The translations under genes and the position numbers were made by a program. The notes below the pieces were generated by a model. That model ran no database searches. It had not been told where the DNA came from and saw only the letters and a program-made list of their open reading frames with translations. From positions 72,168,001 to 72,232,000 of the forward strand of contig NC_083231.1 of NCBI RefSeq assembly GCF_032191835.1: a DNA stretch of 64,000 nucleotides, read 5' to 3'. Of the stretch, positions 1-10,855 are shown piece after piece; positions within the stretch are counted from its first letter, which is position 1; the number at the start of each line of letters is the position of its first letter. The DNA comes from Heteronotia binoei (lineage: Eukaryota).

Positions 1-56
1 ATGAGAAAGTGTACTAAAACTATACAAACATAGGCATATTCTGCCCTTGAAGTAAC

Positions 57-172
57 CAGGGCTTTTTTGTAGAAAAAGCCCAGCAGGAACTCATTTGCAT
101 ATTAAGCCACACCCCCTGACACTAAGCCAGCTGGAACTGCATTCCTGTGCTTTCCTGCTCAAAAAAGCCCTG
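57..172. mobile_element. Short non-autonomous hAT-type MITE (CAGGGCTTTTT family)
   Basis: Terminal inverted repeats cagggcttttt / aaaaagccctg; 8-bp flanks gaagtaac / gaagtagc (7/8). An 8-bp TSD is diagnostic of the hAT superfamily. Confidence 0.8.
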
Positions 173-549
173 GAAGTAGCCAATACTTGAACTAAGAAGT
201 CCTGAATCTATATAACATAATAGCATTCAATATTTCTAGATTAAGATCCTTGAAACAATAAAACAATTCAGTATCATTGGGTTGATAACCTTGAACCACA
301 TTAAAATAGGACTAAATGTTTTGGCTTCCAAGGCCTTCCAATGGTCAGATTACTGTACCTATGCACACTATGACATATAAATGCGTTAATTGCAAGGCAG
401 GTTGATCATGAGGCCTGAAAATGAATAAATAATATAATTATTCAATAATATGAAAAACCAACAATTTAACTATATAAAACTGGTCTTCTTGTATGGAGTT
501 AACCATAGCAGCAACACAGTTCTGAGGCTTTCCCACTCTCACTCAATTT

Positions 550-837
550 AAGAAGAAGAAGAAGAAGAAGACTGCAGATTTATACCCCACCCTTCTCTCT
601 GAATCAGAGACTCAGAGCAGCTTACAATCTCCTATATCTTCTCCCGCCGCAACAGACACCCTGTGAGGTGTGTGGAACTGAGAGGGCTCAGAGCCGCTGC
701 CCTTCCAAGGACAACTCCTGCGATAGCTATGGCTAACCCAAGGCCATTTCAGCAGGTGCAAGTGGAGGAGTGGGGAATCAAACCCAGTTCTCCCAGATAA
801 GAGTCCGCACACTTAACCATTACATCAAACTGGCTCT
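550..837 (-). mobile_element. Squam3/MIR-like tRNA-derived SINE with L2-type tail and (CTT)n end
   Basis: Reverse complement of the head gagccagtttg..gtaatggttaagtgtgcggactc; tail motif tttataccccaccc; colinear with the copies at 6.7, 14.1, 35.5 and 43.9 kb. Confidence 0.85.
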
Positions 838-1329
838 GTCTATTAACTTTAATACTTACACTTAGTTTTATCACACTTATCTTTATCACAACTACATAAA
901 GCTTATTTTTTTTTAATTAATTACTTACATTCCAAATATTCTGTATGGCAAAAGATTTAGATTGTATGAAAAGTTTTCTAAAACTTTTAAACACACACAT
1001 CCACGGAATGCAGATTCAATAGCTCCTGTTAAAATGTATACAGCAAAACTACTTAAATGAGAGAAAAAATAAGTTCAATAGCTTAAGGACAAAACAAATT
1101 GTAATAAGATAAACTTTATCAATAAACTTTATAAAATAAATAAGATAAACTTTATAACATGCATATTTAACTTTGGCTATCAAAACCCTTAGAGTGCATA
1201 TATACGTAAGTCAACCTTTAACTGACAGTAATGTTCTACTTGTACAATGCAATCCACATGATGAATGAGTAACCAAAAGCAAGAGGGAAACTATGAACAA
1301 GATAGAAGGTAAGGAAAAGAGAGCCACAA

Positions 1330-3340
1330 CAAATGTTTAAGAACTTTGTTACAACATTCCAGAGATATATAAACCCCTTTGCATTTCTTCATGTAGTTCT
1401 ATTCAATGCTTTCTTACAGGTCCACTATATAAGGTAAAATGCTACATCTGTGTTGTGACAATTCCAGCACTAACCAATTTACTCATTATTAGTTTTTGCA
1501 ATGTCTTTGGGACAAAAATACCACTTAAAAACTTTCTATACCAATTCTCCATTAATATTTGACATTCAGCAGATTTAATTCCTTTAGTCTATAGGTTTTC
1601 CTACTGGCACATGCACATATTTTCACCAAAATTTTGCATCCATTTTATCGTATAATTTTTACTTGCTCTGTTTCTGTCTCATATTGCAATAATATTTTAT
1701 AAATTTTCTCTTATAGGTTTTTTGATTCTCCAGTGATTAATTGTTTAAAAGCCTGGCATTTTCTCCCTTAAGTGTCCCCCTGCCTTGCATATTTATTCTT
1801 TGAATTTAGACACCATTTAACAGTGCAGCAACCATGGAATGTTTTTGCCTCCATTTTGGATTTCTTGCCAGGGCTTTATTTTTCCTTGTTTATCCATCAT
1901 ATACTCATAATTTATATAGTCAATTTTATTTCTTATACTAATGTTGCAATAGGCATCAATTGGAGATGTCAATGGCAAGGTTAGCAGACTTATTCTATTT
2001 CTGCACTGAAACCATATTCTTAATAGTCCATCCCTCAAAATATGAATGCCATCTTGTCTTTGAATTATTTTTAATGATTTCTTAGTCCATGCATAATTAT
2101 GAATTCTGTCTTCAGTATCAATCGTCTCCAGTTCAATGTTCCTTCCATTTGGATTTCTAATCCAGTCGGATATCCAAACTACTGCAGCTGCTTGGTAATG
2201 CAGAATGATGGCTGATATGGTAAACCTCCCTTTTTTCATCCTGTAGTATTATAAATCTTATTCTTAGTTCCCATTCCATACAAAATTATTTATAGTTTTC
2301 TGCCATTTTTTAGGTCTCTTCATCTATGTAACTTGATAACATTTGGGGAAAAAAAAAGAAAATTCAACTTTGGTAATATGTTCATTCTAACAGCAGAAAT
2401 TCTTACAAACTAAGAAATTTTCAGTCTTTCCTATCTTTGTAAATCTTCAGTAATACTTACCTAGATGTTTTAATAATTGTCATCTTTATTTATTTATAAT
2501 TTATATAAATTATCATTTTGCCCTGTCACATATATACCAAAATATTTTATTGTGCTTTTTTGTTACAGCAAAAAAGTTTTTTTTAAAAAAGGCCCCCTGT
2601 GCAAGCACCAGTTCTTTCCGCCTCTGGGATGATGTCACATCACAACATTTTCACAGCATACTTTTTACAGGGTGGTTTGCCATTGCCTTCCCCAGTCATC
2701 TATACTTTACCCGCAGCAAGCTGAGTACTCATTTTACTGACCTCATAATAATGGAAGGCTGCATCAATCTTGAGCAAGCTACCTGAACCTAGCTTCTGCC
2801 GGGATTGAACTCAGGTCGTAAGCAGAGCTTGGACTGCAGTACTGCAGTTTACCACTAGTTACAACACATTCTGCTAATTTTCTGTCTTTTATTGTTCTGC
2901 TTTAATTGCCACTGATAACATTACCTTGGTCTTCTTTTTATTCAGTTTATATTCAGAATAAATTCCAAATTTAATTATTTGTTCCACAGTATATTTCAAA
3001 GAAATATTTGGTTTTATTACTGATAAAACAATGTCAGTGGCATAGGTTTTTAAAAAATCTTGTTCTCTTTTTTTTTTTTTAATTGCAGCAATTCTGATGT
3101 CTTGTCTGATTTTTATAACCAGTATTTCCATTGCTGGAATATATAATAATGGTGATATTAGACAACCCTGTTGAGTTCCTTTTGGTATTTCAATTTTCTC
3201 CATTAAGAAGATATTTATTAAGATTCCAGTTTGTTGGTCTGTGTAAATACTTTGATTCTGATTTTAAAATTTGGTTCCGCAGTTTATATTTTGTAAAACT
3301 TTCATTAAAAATAACCAAAACACATTATCAAAAGCTTTCT
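1330..3340 (-). mobile_element. Degraded L1-clade LINE ORF2 relic (RT and C-terminal part), interrupted by a SINE
   Basis: ORF 2889-3203 contains GTQQGCLISPLLY (L1 GTRQGCPLSPLLF motif); ORF 1817-2239 LHYQAAAVVWISDW matches the PDLKLYHEAVCLVWIKEW block of the other L1 copies. Confidence 0.7.
2585..2857 (-). mobile_element. Sauria/Squam2-type SINE, head truncated
   Basis: Contains ggtttgccattgccttccccagtc and ggactgcagtactgcag; colinear with the copy at 22713. Confidence 0.8.
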
Positions 3341-3361
3341 CTGCTTCCTGAAACATAAATC

Positions 3362-4170
3362 CAGAATCTACTTCCCTTCAGCTTCATTGGATGCCTTTGA
3401 GTTCTAGAATTTTGGAAGAAGAAAAAGTTCTCTTTGTCAACTCTCTCCATCCCATTAATAACTTTATAAACCTCTGTCATGTACTCCCCATAGTCATCGC
3501 TTTTCTAAACTGAAAAGTCCCTGACTCTCTAGTCTTTCCCCATAGGGAAGGTGCTCCAGCCCCCTAATCATCTTGATTGCTCTCTTCAGTACTTTTTCCA
3601 GCTCTGCAATGGCCTTTTTGAGATATGGTGACCAGAATCAAACACAGTAATCTAAATGAGGCTGTGCCATAGATCTATACAGAGACATCATAATGCCATC
3701 CATTTTCTTTTCAATCCCTTTCCTAATGAGGGTTGCTAGGTCCATTGGGCCAGCAGGTGAGGGATGGGAGTAAGCTTACCAGGAGCAGGGATGGGAGAAG
3801 CCAGAAATAAACTCAACATGCCTTCATCACACAGAAGTGATGTAGGCATATCAGGAATGTTGGGAATGATGCTCTGGTTTGTGGGCAAAACCTCTATAGT
3901 AGAATTAACTTATAACCATAGAATTTTACCCAAAAATTAGAGTGCTGCTGTTGATGTCATTGACATGCCTACATCATTTCCAGTTGACATGGGCACATTG
4001 CATTTATTTCTGGCTTCATGGTTTTTTTTGGGGGGGGAGGGGTAATTCCCTCCAGCAGCTCATCTGGCTGCTGGTCGATAGGCCCAAAACTGAGGGACCC
4101 CTGCTTGCACTGGGAGATTTGGCAACCGTATTCCTAATAATCCCCAGCATAGAGTTTGCCCTTTTCATCT
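3362..4170 (-). mobile_element. CR1 LINE 3' fragment interrupted by a hAT MITE
   Basis: Similar to the CR1 at 15.9-16.3 kb (ctcttcagtactttttccagctctgc..gagatatggtgaccagaa); CR1 sequence resumes at 4131 (ttcctaataatccccagcat). Confidence 0.7.
3728..4130. mobile_element. Non-autonomous hAT element (TAGGGTTGCCA family)
   Basis: Ends gagggttgcta / tggcaaccgta; perfect 8-bp TSD ttcctaat (3720-3727, 4131-4138); internal inverted repeats gaagccagaaataaa / tttatttctggcttc. Confidence 0.85.
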
Positions 4171-5584
4171 ATTTAAAGAAGACCAAGAAGCAGGCTAGGG
4201 AAAAGTAAGCTGACTCTACCTTGAATGAAAGGTAGTAGCAGTAGTGTAGAAAATGAGAGATCAAGTAGTGACAACTCCTCCCCTCTCCCTCTGAGCAGCA
4301 TGGCAACAATCATGGCAGTGGGCAGAGACTGAATGTCAAATACAGTCAGAGCCCCACACATGCATTGGTCAGCAAAGGAAAGAGATGGGCAGTAAAAGGT
4401 CATTTCATGTTTCATGGGCTTGCATATAATCTAGTTAATAATACTAGATGACATCATACTTGGGGGAGAACAGACTACTGAACTTCAGCCATCCTTCCAT
4501 TGCTAAAGAGTTATCTTAATAGGATCATTCAGAGTTTCTACAACAAAAGGTTAATGATCTTCAAAATACTTGAACTGTAAAATAACCACAATGGCAATTA
4601 TTGTTTTGGTCTATCTCAGAAACAGAATTGTTTTTAGTCCAGTAGAGTCCAGTCAGACGCTATTATTCATATTATGAGGTAAGTATCTCACAGATGAGGT
4701 TGTGCAAAGCCCTCTGTAAAATACATGGGGTGATATTTATTGGATATTTAAATTGAGAGAACATGATCAAAAGTAAAGTTGTAAATATGCAGTCATGTGA
4801 TATGGAAATTTTGCTTCCTGTACTATCATTTCTCTTGTGAGCAACTTTCCTTCAGCACAATACAACAGCAGGAATAGTGTGGCTTCCTGAGATACTAACC
4901 TACATTGTTGTTATACTAATTTTAAAAGTGGTAACAAAAAAACAACAAAAATGCAAAGAGCCAGAGAAATCCAGTTTGAGAACAAATTAGTGTAAAACCT
5001 TGTTAATGTAAGGGTTACATCTCAAGGCCACCATACAATATACAGTTAGGTATGAGTAAGCTTGTTCACAGAAGTCTATGTTGGATTGTGTCCAAATATA
5101 ACCTCAGAAACAAGCACTTGTAATAAGAGGTTTTGTTAAAATTAAAAGGTTCTGGCAACACAGCACAAGACTATCAATATTCATGATGTCTGGATTTTCA
5201 TATGTTTCATATGTTGATGGCTGAACAGCCAGCAAACTAATTTGCATAATGGAAGAAATTGAAAGAGTGGCATTTTTAAGTTGGGATGGCATCAAATGTT
5301 TCTCCTGCAGGTTTAATACATAGCACATTTACCTGAGTGTATCTGAAGACTGAAGGCTAATCTCAGCCTATCTGCTGTGGATACAAGACTTTAGTATGAG
5401 TTGGTGTCTTCTCTGGAACACTGAGGTAATTTTGACATTTTCCAGTGACCTTTATCCAGCCATGCATTCCAAGACTCAAGAGTGCTACAATTTCCTTAAG
5501 AGGGTTTGGCAATTTCTGCCGATTTCCCCTAAAGAAATAGTGGCATCTCTAGAAAAAGAATCTAAAGACTTCTTTCAAATAAAC

Positions 5585-5628
5585 AATGATGATGAAATTG
5601 GATTTATATCCCGCCCTCCACTCCGAAA
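5585..5628 (-). mobile_element. Isolated 3' tail (~45 bp) of a Squam3-like SINE
   Basis: gatgatgatgaaattggatttatatcccgccctccactccg matches the SINE tail and stops abruptly at the start of the inverted-repeat arm. Confidence 0.7.
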
Positions 5629-5751
5629 TATTAAATAAAATAAATAAAATAAAATAACGAATGCAAATGAAATACAAAAATAAGAAATATTTCTGTTTTC
5701 TGTGTTCTTTCAGAATATGTAGATGCACCTAGCTACTATATCAAAGATCGG

Positions 5752-5955
5752 AGAGGCTGTGAATCACTGGCAGAGCATCTGTTTGGGACGCAGAAGGTCC
5801 CAGGTTCAATCTCCAGCACCTCCAGTCCAAAGGAACAGGCAGTAGGTGAAAGACCTCTGCCTGAGACCCTGGAGAGCTGCTTCCAGTCTGAGTAGACAAT
5901 ACTGACTATGATGGATCAAGGGTCTGATTCAGTATAAAGCAGCTTCATGTATTCA
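5752..5955 (+). mobile_element. tRNA-derived SINE with CR1-like 3' tail
   Basis: A-box/B-box-like head (ggcagagcatctg..ggtcccaggttcaatctcc) followed by the tail gacaatactgac..gatggatcaagggtctgattcagtataaagcagcttc; mirrored at ~15085-15290. Confidence 0.6.
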
Positions 5956-6654
5956 GATCTGCCATTGTGTGAATCACTTACATAGAATAACTAGTACTTC
6001 CTAGGTGTGAGAGGCAGCAGTGGGGGAGGTCATTCTCATGCTAAAGCTATTTCAGTGTGGATTGGGGTTTGAACTGAAAGGTAGAACATATTTATACCAA
6101 CATTTGTAGGGTAGTTGTTTCTTCGAACCACACATGGTAAGATATATGTTTTCAATTTTCTATGTATGTTATATCATGGAAGTACAAAATCCATTTTAAA
6201 AGTCAAGAAGATCATGAATACAACATGAATAAGAGCAATAAAACATGAAAGCAATTTAAATGCCATGTCCATTTAAATTTGATGGCTTTTCCCTCTCCTC
6301 CCTGACCTATAATATTGGCAGGGGTCATTATGTAGAAAAATAGGTAGAGGAGCTCATCCAGGAATTGTTATGCAGCTGCACATACTATTCAATGGACAAG
6401 GAGGTGAATTCTCAGAAGGAGGAGGTGGAACTCTCATAAAGGTTCAGGAGCTGTGGTCCTGTGAGCTCTCACTGAATTTGAGGTCTGAATATTGGTGATG
6501 AGAATATTCAAACAGACAGAAAAAAGGCTCCTGCACAATAGTTAACTTATAGTCTTCCCTTGCATCCTTCATCACACAAGAGTGTTAGTTTAGATGACTT
6601 TAAACATTTATTATGGAAAATACATCATCAATCATTACTAGTGATGATGGTTAA

Positions 6655-6944
6655 GTAGAAGAAGAAGATGAAGAAGATATTGGATTTATATCCCGCCCTC
6701 TACTCTGAAGAGTCTCAGAGTGGCTCACAATCTCCTTTACCTTCTTCCCCCACAACAGACACCCTGTGAGGTGGGTGGGGCTGGAGAGGGCTCTCACAGC
6801 AGCTGCCCTTTCAAGGACAACCTCTGCCAGAGCTATGGCTGACCCAAGGCCATGCTAGCAGGTGCAAGTGGAAGAGTGGGGAATCAAACCCGGTTCCCCC
6901 AGATAAGAGTCCGCACACTTAACCACTACACCAAACTGGCTCTC
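6655..6944 (-). mobile_element. Squam3-like SINE, full length
   Basis: Head gagagccagtttggtgtagtggttaagtgtgcgg on the minus strand; L2-type tail with ctt repeats. Confidence 0.9.
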
Positions 6945-7574
6945 GTATATGTTTAGAGGCAGTATACTCCTGAATACCAGTTGCTAAAGGGCTGCAGCAG
7001 GAAAGCTGCTTAGCATCCTTGCCCTGGTCCTGTCAGAGCATCTCATGAGCAACTGCAGGAATCAGGATGCTGAACTAAATACAGTATTGTCTGATCATGC
7101 AGAGCTCTTTGTATGTCCATAATATTTATGATCCATTATTGTCTTCAAATTTATCATTCTACAGTAATGTAAACATATCTGAATAAACTTACCTTGTGTT
7201 CTCAACACATTTTAAACTTGTAGGTGATATGTTAATTTTGATAAATTAGCAGTGTCTCAAATTCTTCAGAACAGTTCTGAAATGGGAAATGGAATAAATT
7301 AAACAGTAGACATCTCACCTGCAATTAATGAGCTGTCTTTCACTTTCTAATAGAGCTGCTTCCTGCTGCACTGCATTAATTGCTCCAACAGGTTATAAAG
7401 ACGGGAATGATAATTCAGAAAAGAATGAAATCTGTGAATTAGATGGATTGGATAAAAAGCATTAATAACCTTTGCCTGTTTTGATCTAGAACTTCTTCTT
7501 TTCTAAGTTCTTTACACTAAATTGGAGTGTGTGAAGTTAGCCCTCAGTATTTCTTGGGGCAAGACCAAACTCAC

Positions 7575-7608
7575 CTCATCAGGTCTTCCCTAGGCTGCAT
7601 GAATTGTC
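7575..7608 (-). CDS. Candidate 34-nt exon (GQFMQPREDLM) of an unidentified gene
   Basis: Acceptor cacttttctcttag, consensus donor GAG|gtgagt, single open frame; phase-compatible with candidates 8171-8228 and 8629-8687. No protein recognised. Confidence 0.25.
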
Positions 7609-8170
7609 CTAAGAGAAAAGTGTTTAGAGTGGTTTATTGTTCAACAAAAATTGCTTGTAAAAGTAGAAAAGATGATAAAAAATACACCAGAAGTCCAGTC
7701 TTAGAAGGCTTTGTGGATATTCTTATGATGATGGTACTTCTCTGTTCTTTGAGTTCTTTACTGAGGGAAAGTTAACTCTGTCCAGGTTTGTTTTCACAAA
7801 ATGGTTCAGCAAGACCTTTATGAATCCTGGTCCAGCTACAATTATTTGTATGGATTTAAACATTCCATCTGGAATATGTGGACTGATGTACATTTCAGCT
7901 GTATGTTTGTGTAATTGTTGTTTTGTAATTTTATGGAAGGAAACTGCCTGATACTTAAGGACATAGGAAAGAAAAAAAGTTTTGTTTGGGTCCTTTAGCC
8001 CTGCTATATATTTAGAAATAAAGTTGCTGCCATCATCGTTTTACTATACTACAGCATCTGCATCCCATTGCCCACATCAACAATTTTTGACTCATCAGAT
8101 GCTGAAGACAATAATGCTTCATGCAGTTCTATATAATTTAGCAACTTGATGAGGCTACAACTAAAAATAC

Positions 8171-8228
8171 CAGTAATTGACAAAGTCTGTTCTGTTGGAC
8201 ATTTAATGGAGATTCTGCAAGCTGTATG
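8171..8228 (-). CDS. Candidate 58-nt exon (HTACRISIKCPTEQTLSIT)
   Basis: Long polypyrimidine tract ending tctag; donor CTG|gtattt; phase 0 to phase 1. Confidence 0.2.
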
Positions 8229-8628
8229 CTAGACATGAAAGAGCAATGGAAAGAAAAAGAAACTTAGAAACAAGATTTAAAACTCAGTTTTAAAGAAATC
8301 AGTTCAAAAATAGTTTTAGATTATTCACAGGCACATCTGGCTCACACTTGAAATATTATAAGTGCTCTTATTCCTTCTCTCTTAAAGCAGCTTGTTATGG
8401 CAAATTACCACTTCAGACTTCATTAGTAATTTTTCCCTTTCCTTTTTTTTTTTTTAATCCAGCTTTCTCCAGATCAGGAAAACATTTTTGCTGTAAAAAG
8501 ACACCTTTCCAGCCTTACAGATGGCAATTTTCATCGTGTAATGTGATGGAATGCTGGTCACACAGTAATAAGCTGCCAAATCACCTTTTCCGTGGTACAA
8601 GATGGCAGGGCAAAGTCCAGAAAGTTAC

Positions 8629-8687
8629 CTCCTGTTCCAAAACCCTTTGCTGCTGCAGTTCATTGGGCATTATGCTAATCAGATCAT
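8629..8687 (-). CDS. Candidate 59-nt exon (DLISIMPNELQQQRVLEQE)
   Basis: Acceptor ctatttaaacag, donor GAG|gtaact; only one of three frames is open. Confidence 0.25.
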
Positions 8688-9276
8688 CTGTTTAAATAGG
8701 GTCCATATGGTGATGTTTCCATAAATGTTTTCTTTATTTGAACACTATGCATTAATCTATTTACAGCTCCACACTGAAATTAACCTTGGAAACTGAACAA
8801 TTACAATCTGAGCCAAGAGGCAGGCTAATTGTGCTTGTTATCTAAAGCAAGGTATCAGTAAAGCAAGCTACATCGTCCTGGGTTACAAATACCCAAGAAG
8901 ATGAAAATGAAAGAAAATAATATTGACCTCAGGGGGTAAAAGAAAAGATTACACTTGCAACCCCCCCCATTGTTAAAAATATTTTTTTTTTTTCAGACCT
9001 ACATAAAGGCCAAAATAATCTATTCTGGGCTGGCATTCTTTATATAATTTATAAACTAGCCTTTCAATTACTTAACAGGCAATGACTGGGCAAATGAACA
9101 TGTCACTGTGTCATTATACCTAAAAAGAGAAAGAATGATTCAGATCAGTGTTTAGATAAGACAAAAATATAAGTAGAATATATGACTGCATTTCTTATAA
9201 AGAGAAGAGCTAATTCACATCCCATGAGTACATTGCTAATTTCTGTTTTTAGAAATTCAGTAAAAGGTTTCTAAAG

Positions 9277-9460
9277 GAAGCCCATGGCACAGAGTGGTAA
9301 GCTGCAGTACTGCAGTCCAAGCTCTGTCCACCACCTGTTCACCACCTGAGTTAGATCCTGGTGGAAGCTGGGTTCAGGTAGCCAGCTCAAGGTAGACTCA
9401 GCCTTCTATCCTTCCGAGGTCGGTAAAATGCTTGCACAGGGGACTACCTTTACCTTTTTT
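9277..9460 (+). mobile_element. Internally deleted Sauria/Squam2-type SINE with TSD
   Basis: Head through ggtaaaatg is joined directly to the cttgcacaggggactacctttacc tail; flanks aaaggtttctaaa / aaaggatttctaaa. Confidence 0.8.
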
Positions 9461-9937
9461 AAAGGATTTCTAAACTGGTCACAAACTATGGATTTGTGCA
9501 TTAAGTAACATTTTATGCTGCAAACTTTATGAACTAATATCTTAGGAGATGAATATTATCAACCTCTAGGTGGGACTTGGACCTTTTCCAGAATTACAAC
9601 TGATCTCCAGACTACAGAGATCAGCTCCCCTTTTTCCTAGAGGAAATGGCAGCTCTAGCGGGAGGACTCCGGCATACCATAGATTCTAGAAGAAATGAAA
9701 GTTCTAGACTGATGCACTTCCCTGCTGAACTCCCTCCTCTCTACAAACTCCACCCTCCCAAGAATTCCCCAAGCCAGCATTATCAATATTGCAGGAGACT
9801 GGAGAGTCAGCCAAACAAACCTATCACTATTCAATAATACCAATGTTTCTACATATTTGGAATTGAAATATTCTGTCTCTAGTTTTACCTATTTTAGCAA
9901 CTTGCCATTTATTTACCATATGAGAGATAATAATTTA

Positions 9938-10685
9938 TGCTATTGCTGCCAAATTTATGCTATTGCTATATTATGCCAATATATAGCCAGTTATGGACAC
10001 CTGCATACCTGTACCTCTTATTTTCAGTTTTGGGCTACCATTTGTGGTGTCTTACAGATTTCTATAAGAAGTTTTGAGCAGAAAATAATTATATTATTTC
10101 TGCTGCCCACAAACCTCTGATCTGCTTTCTCACCCACTTCATGTTACAGGATTAAATCATTCCCCACCCCCCTCTGTTCTGCCCGATTTTTTTTTTTTAC
10201 CATAATGTATTTGTTTAAAAACTAAACTCATGACAAAGCATTATACTGAGTCAAATCTTGTGTCTATTGATTAAAGTGATTTGATTTGTTCAATTTTTAG
10301 CCCATCCTTCCTGCTATTGCTGCCAAATTTATGCTATTGCTATATTATGCCAAAATATAGCCAGTTATTGACACCTGCATACCCGTACCTCTTATTTTCA
10401 GTTTTGGGCTACCGTTTGTGGTGTCTTACAGATTTCTATAAGAACTTTTGAGCAGAAAATAATTATATTATTTCTGCTGCCCACAAACCTCTGATCTGCT
10501 TTCTCACCCACTTCATGTTACAGGATTAAATCATTTCCCACCCCCCTCTGTCCTGGCTGATTTTTTTTTTTACCATAAAGTATTTGTTTAAAAACTAAAT
10601 TCATGACAAAGCATTATACTGAGTCAGATCTTGTGTCTATTGATTAAAGTGATTTGATTTATTCAATTTTTAGCCCATCCTTCCC
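9938..10685. repeat. Head-to-tail tandem duplication, unit 374 bp
   Basis: tgctattgctgccaaatttatgc begins at 9938 and again at 10312; about 13 substitutions by eye (~96-97% identity). Confidence 0.95.
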
Positions 10686-10855
10686 GCGAATGGGCTCAGG
10701 GTGGGGTACAACATAGTTATAACAATGAAATATACATATAAACAAATTAAAAATGAGTAACATTTAAACCCACGATCTAATATACAAATATAGTGACCAG
10801 AATATGTCTCTTATATTCCAATCAATCCAGTGAAAGATAACTTTATCTTCAGCTC

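Larger units (their letters stand above)
5629..6944. repeat. Arm A of a 1.3-kb inverted duplication (partner 14095-15404)
   Basis: Reverse complement of 14095-15404 along its whole length, roughly 97-98% identical by eye. Confidence 0.95.

Noticed and set aside
5714-5850. Plus-strand exon-like frame EYVDAPSYYIKDRRG after a strong acceptor
   Set aside because: It runs through a SINE and lies within the duplicated arm; likely chance.
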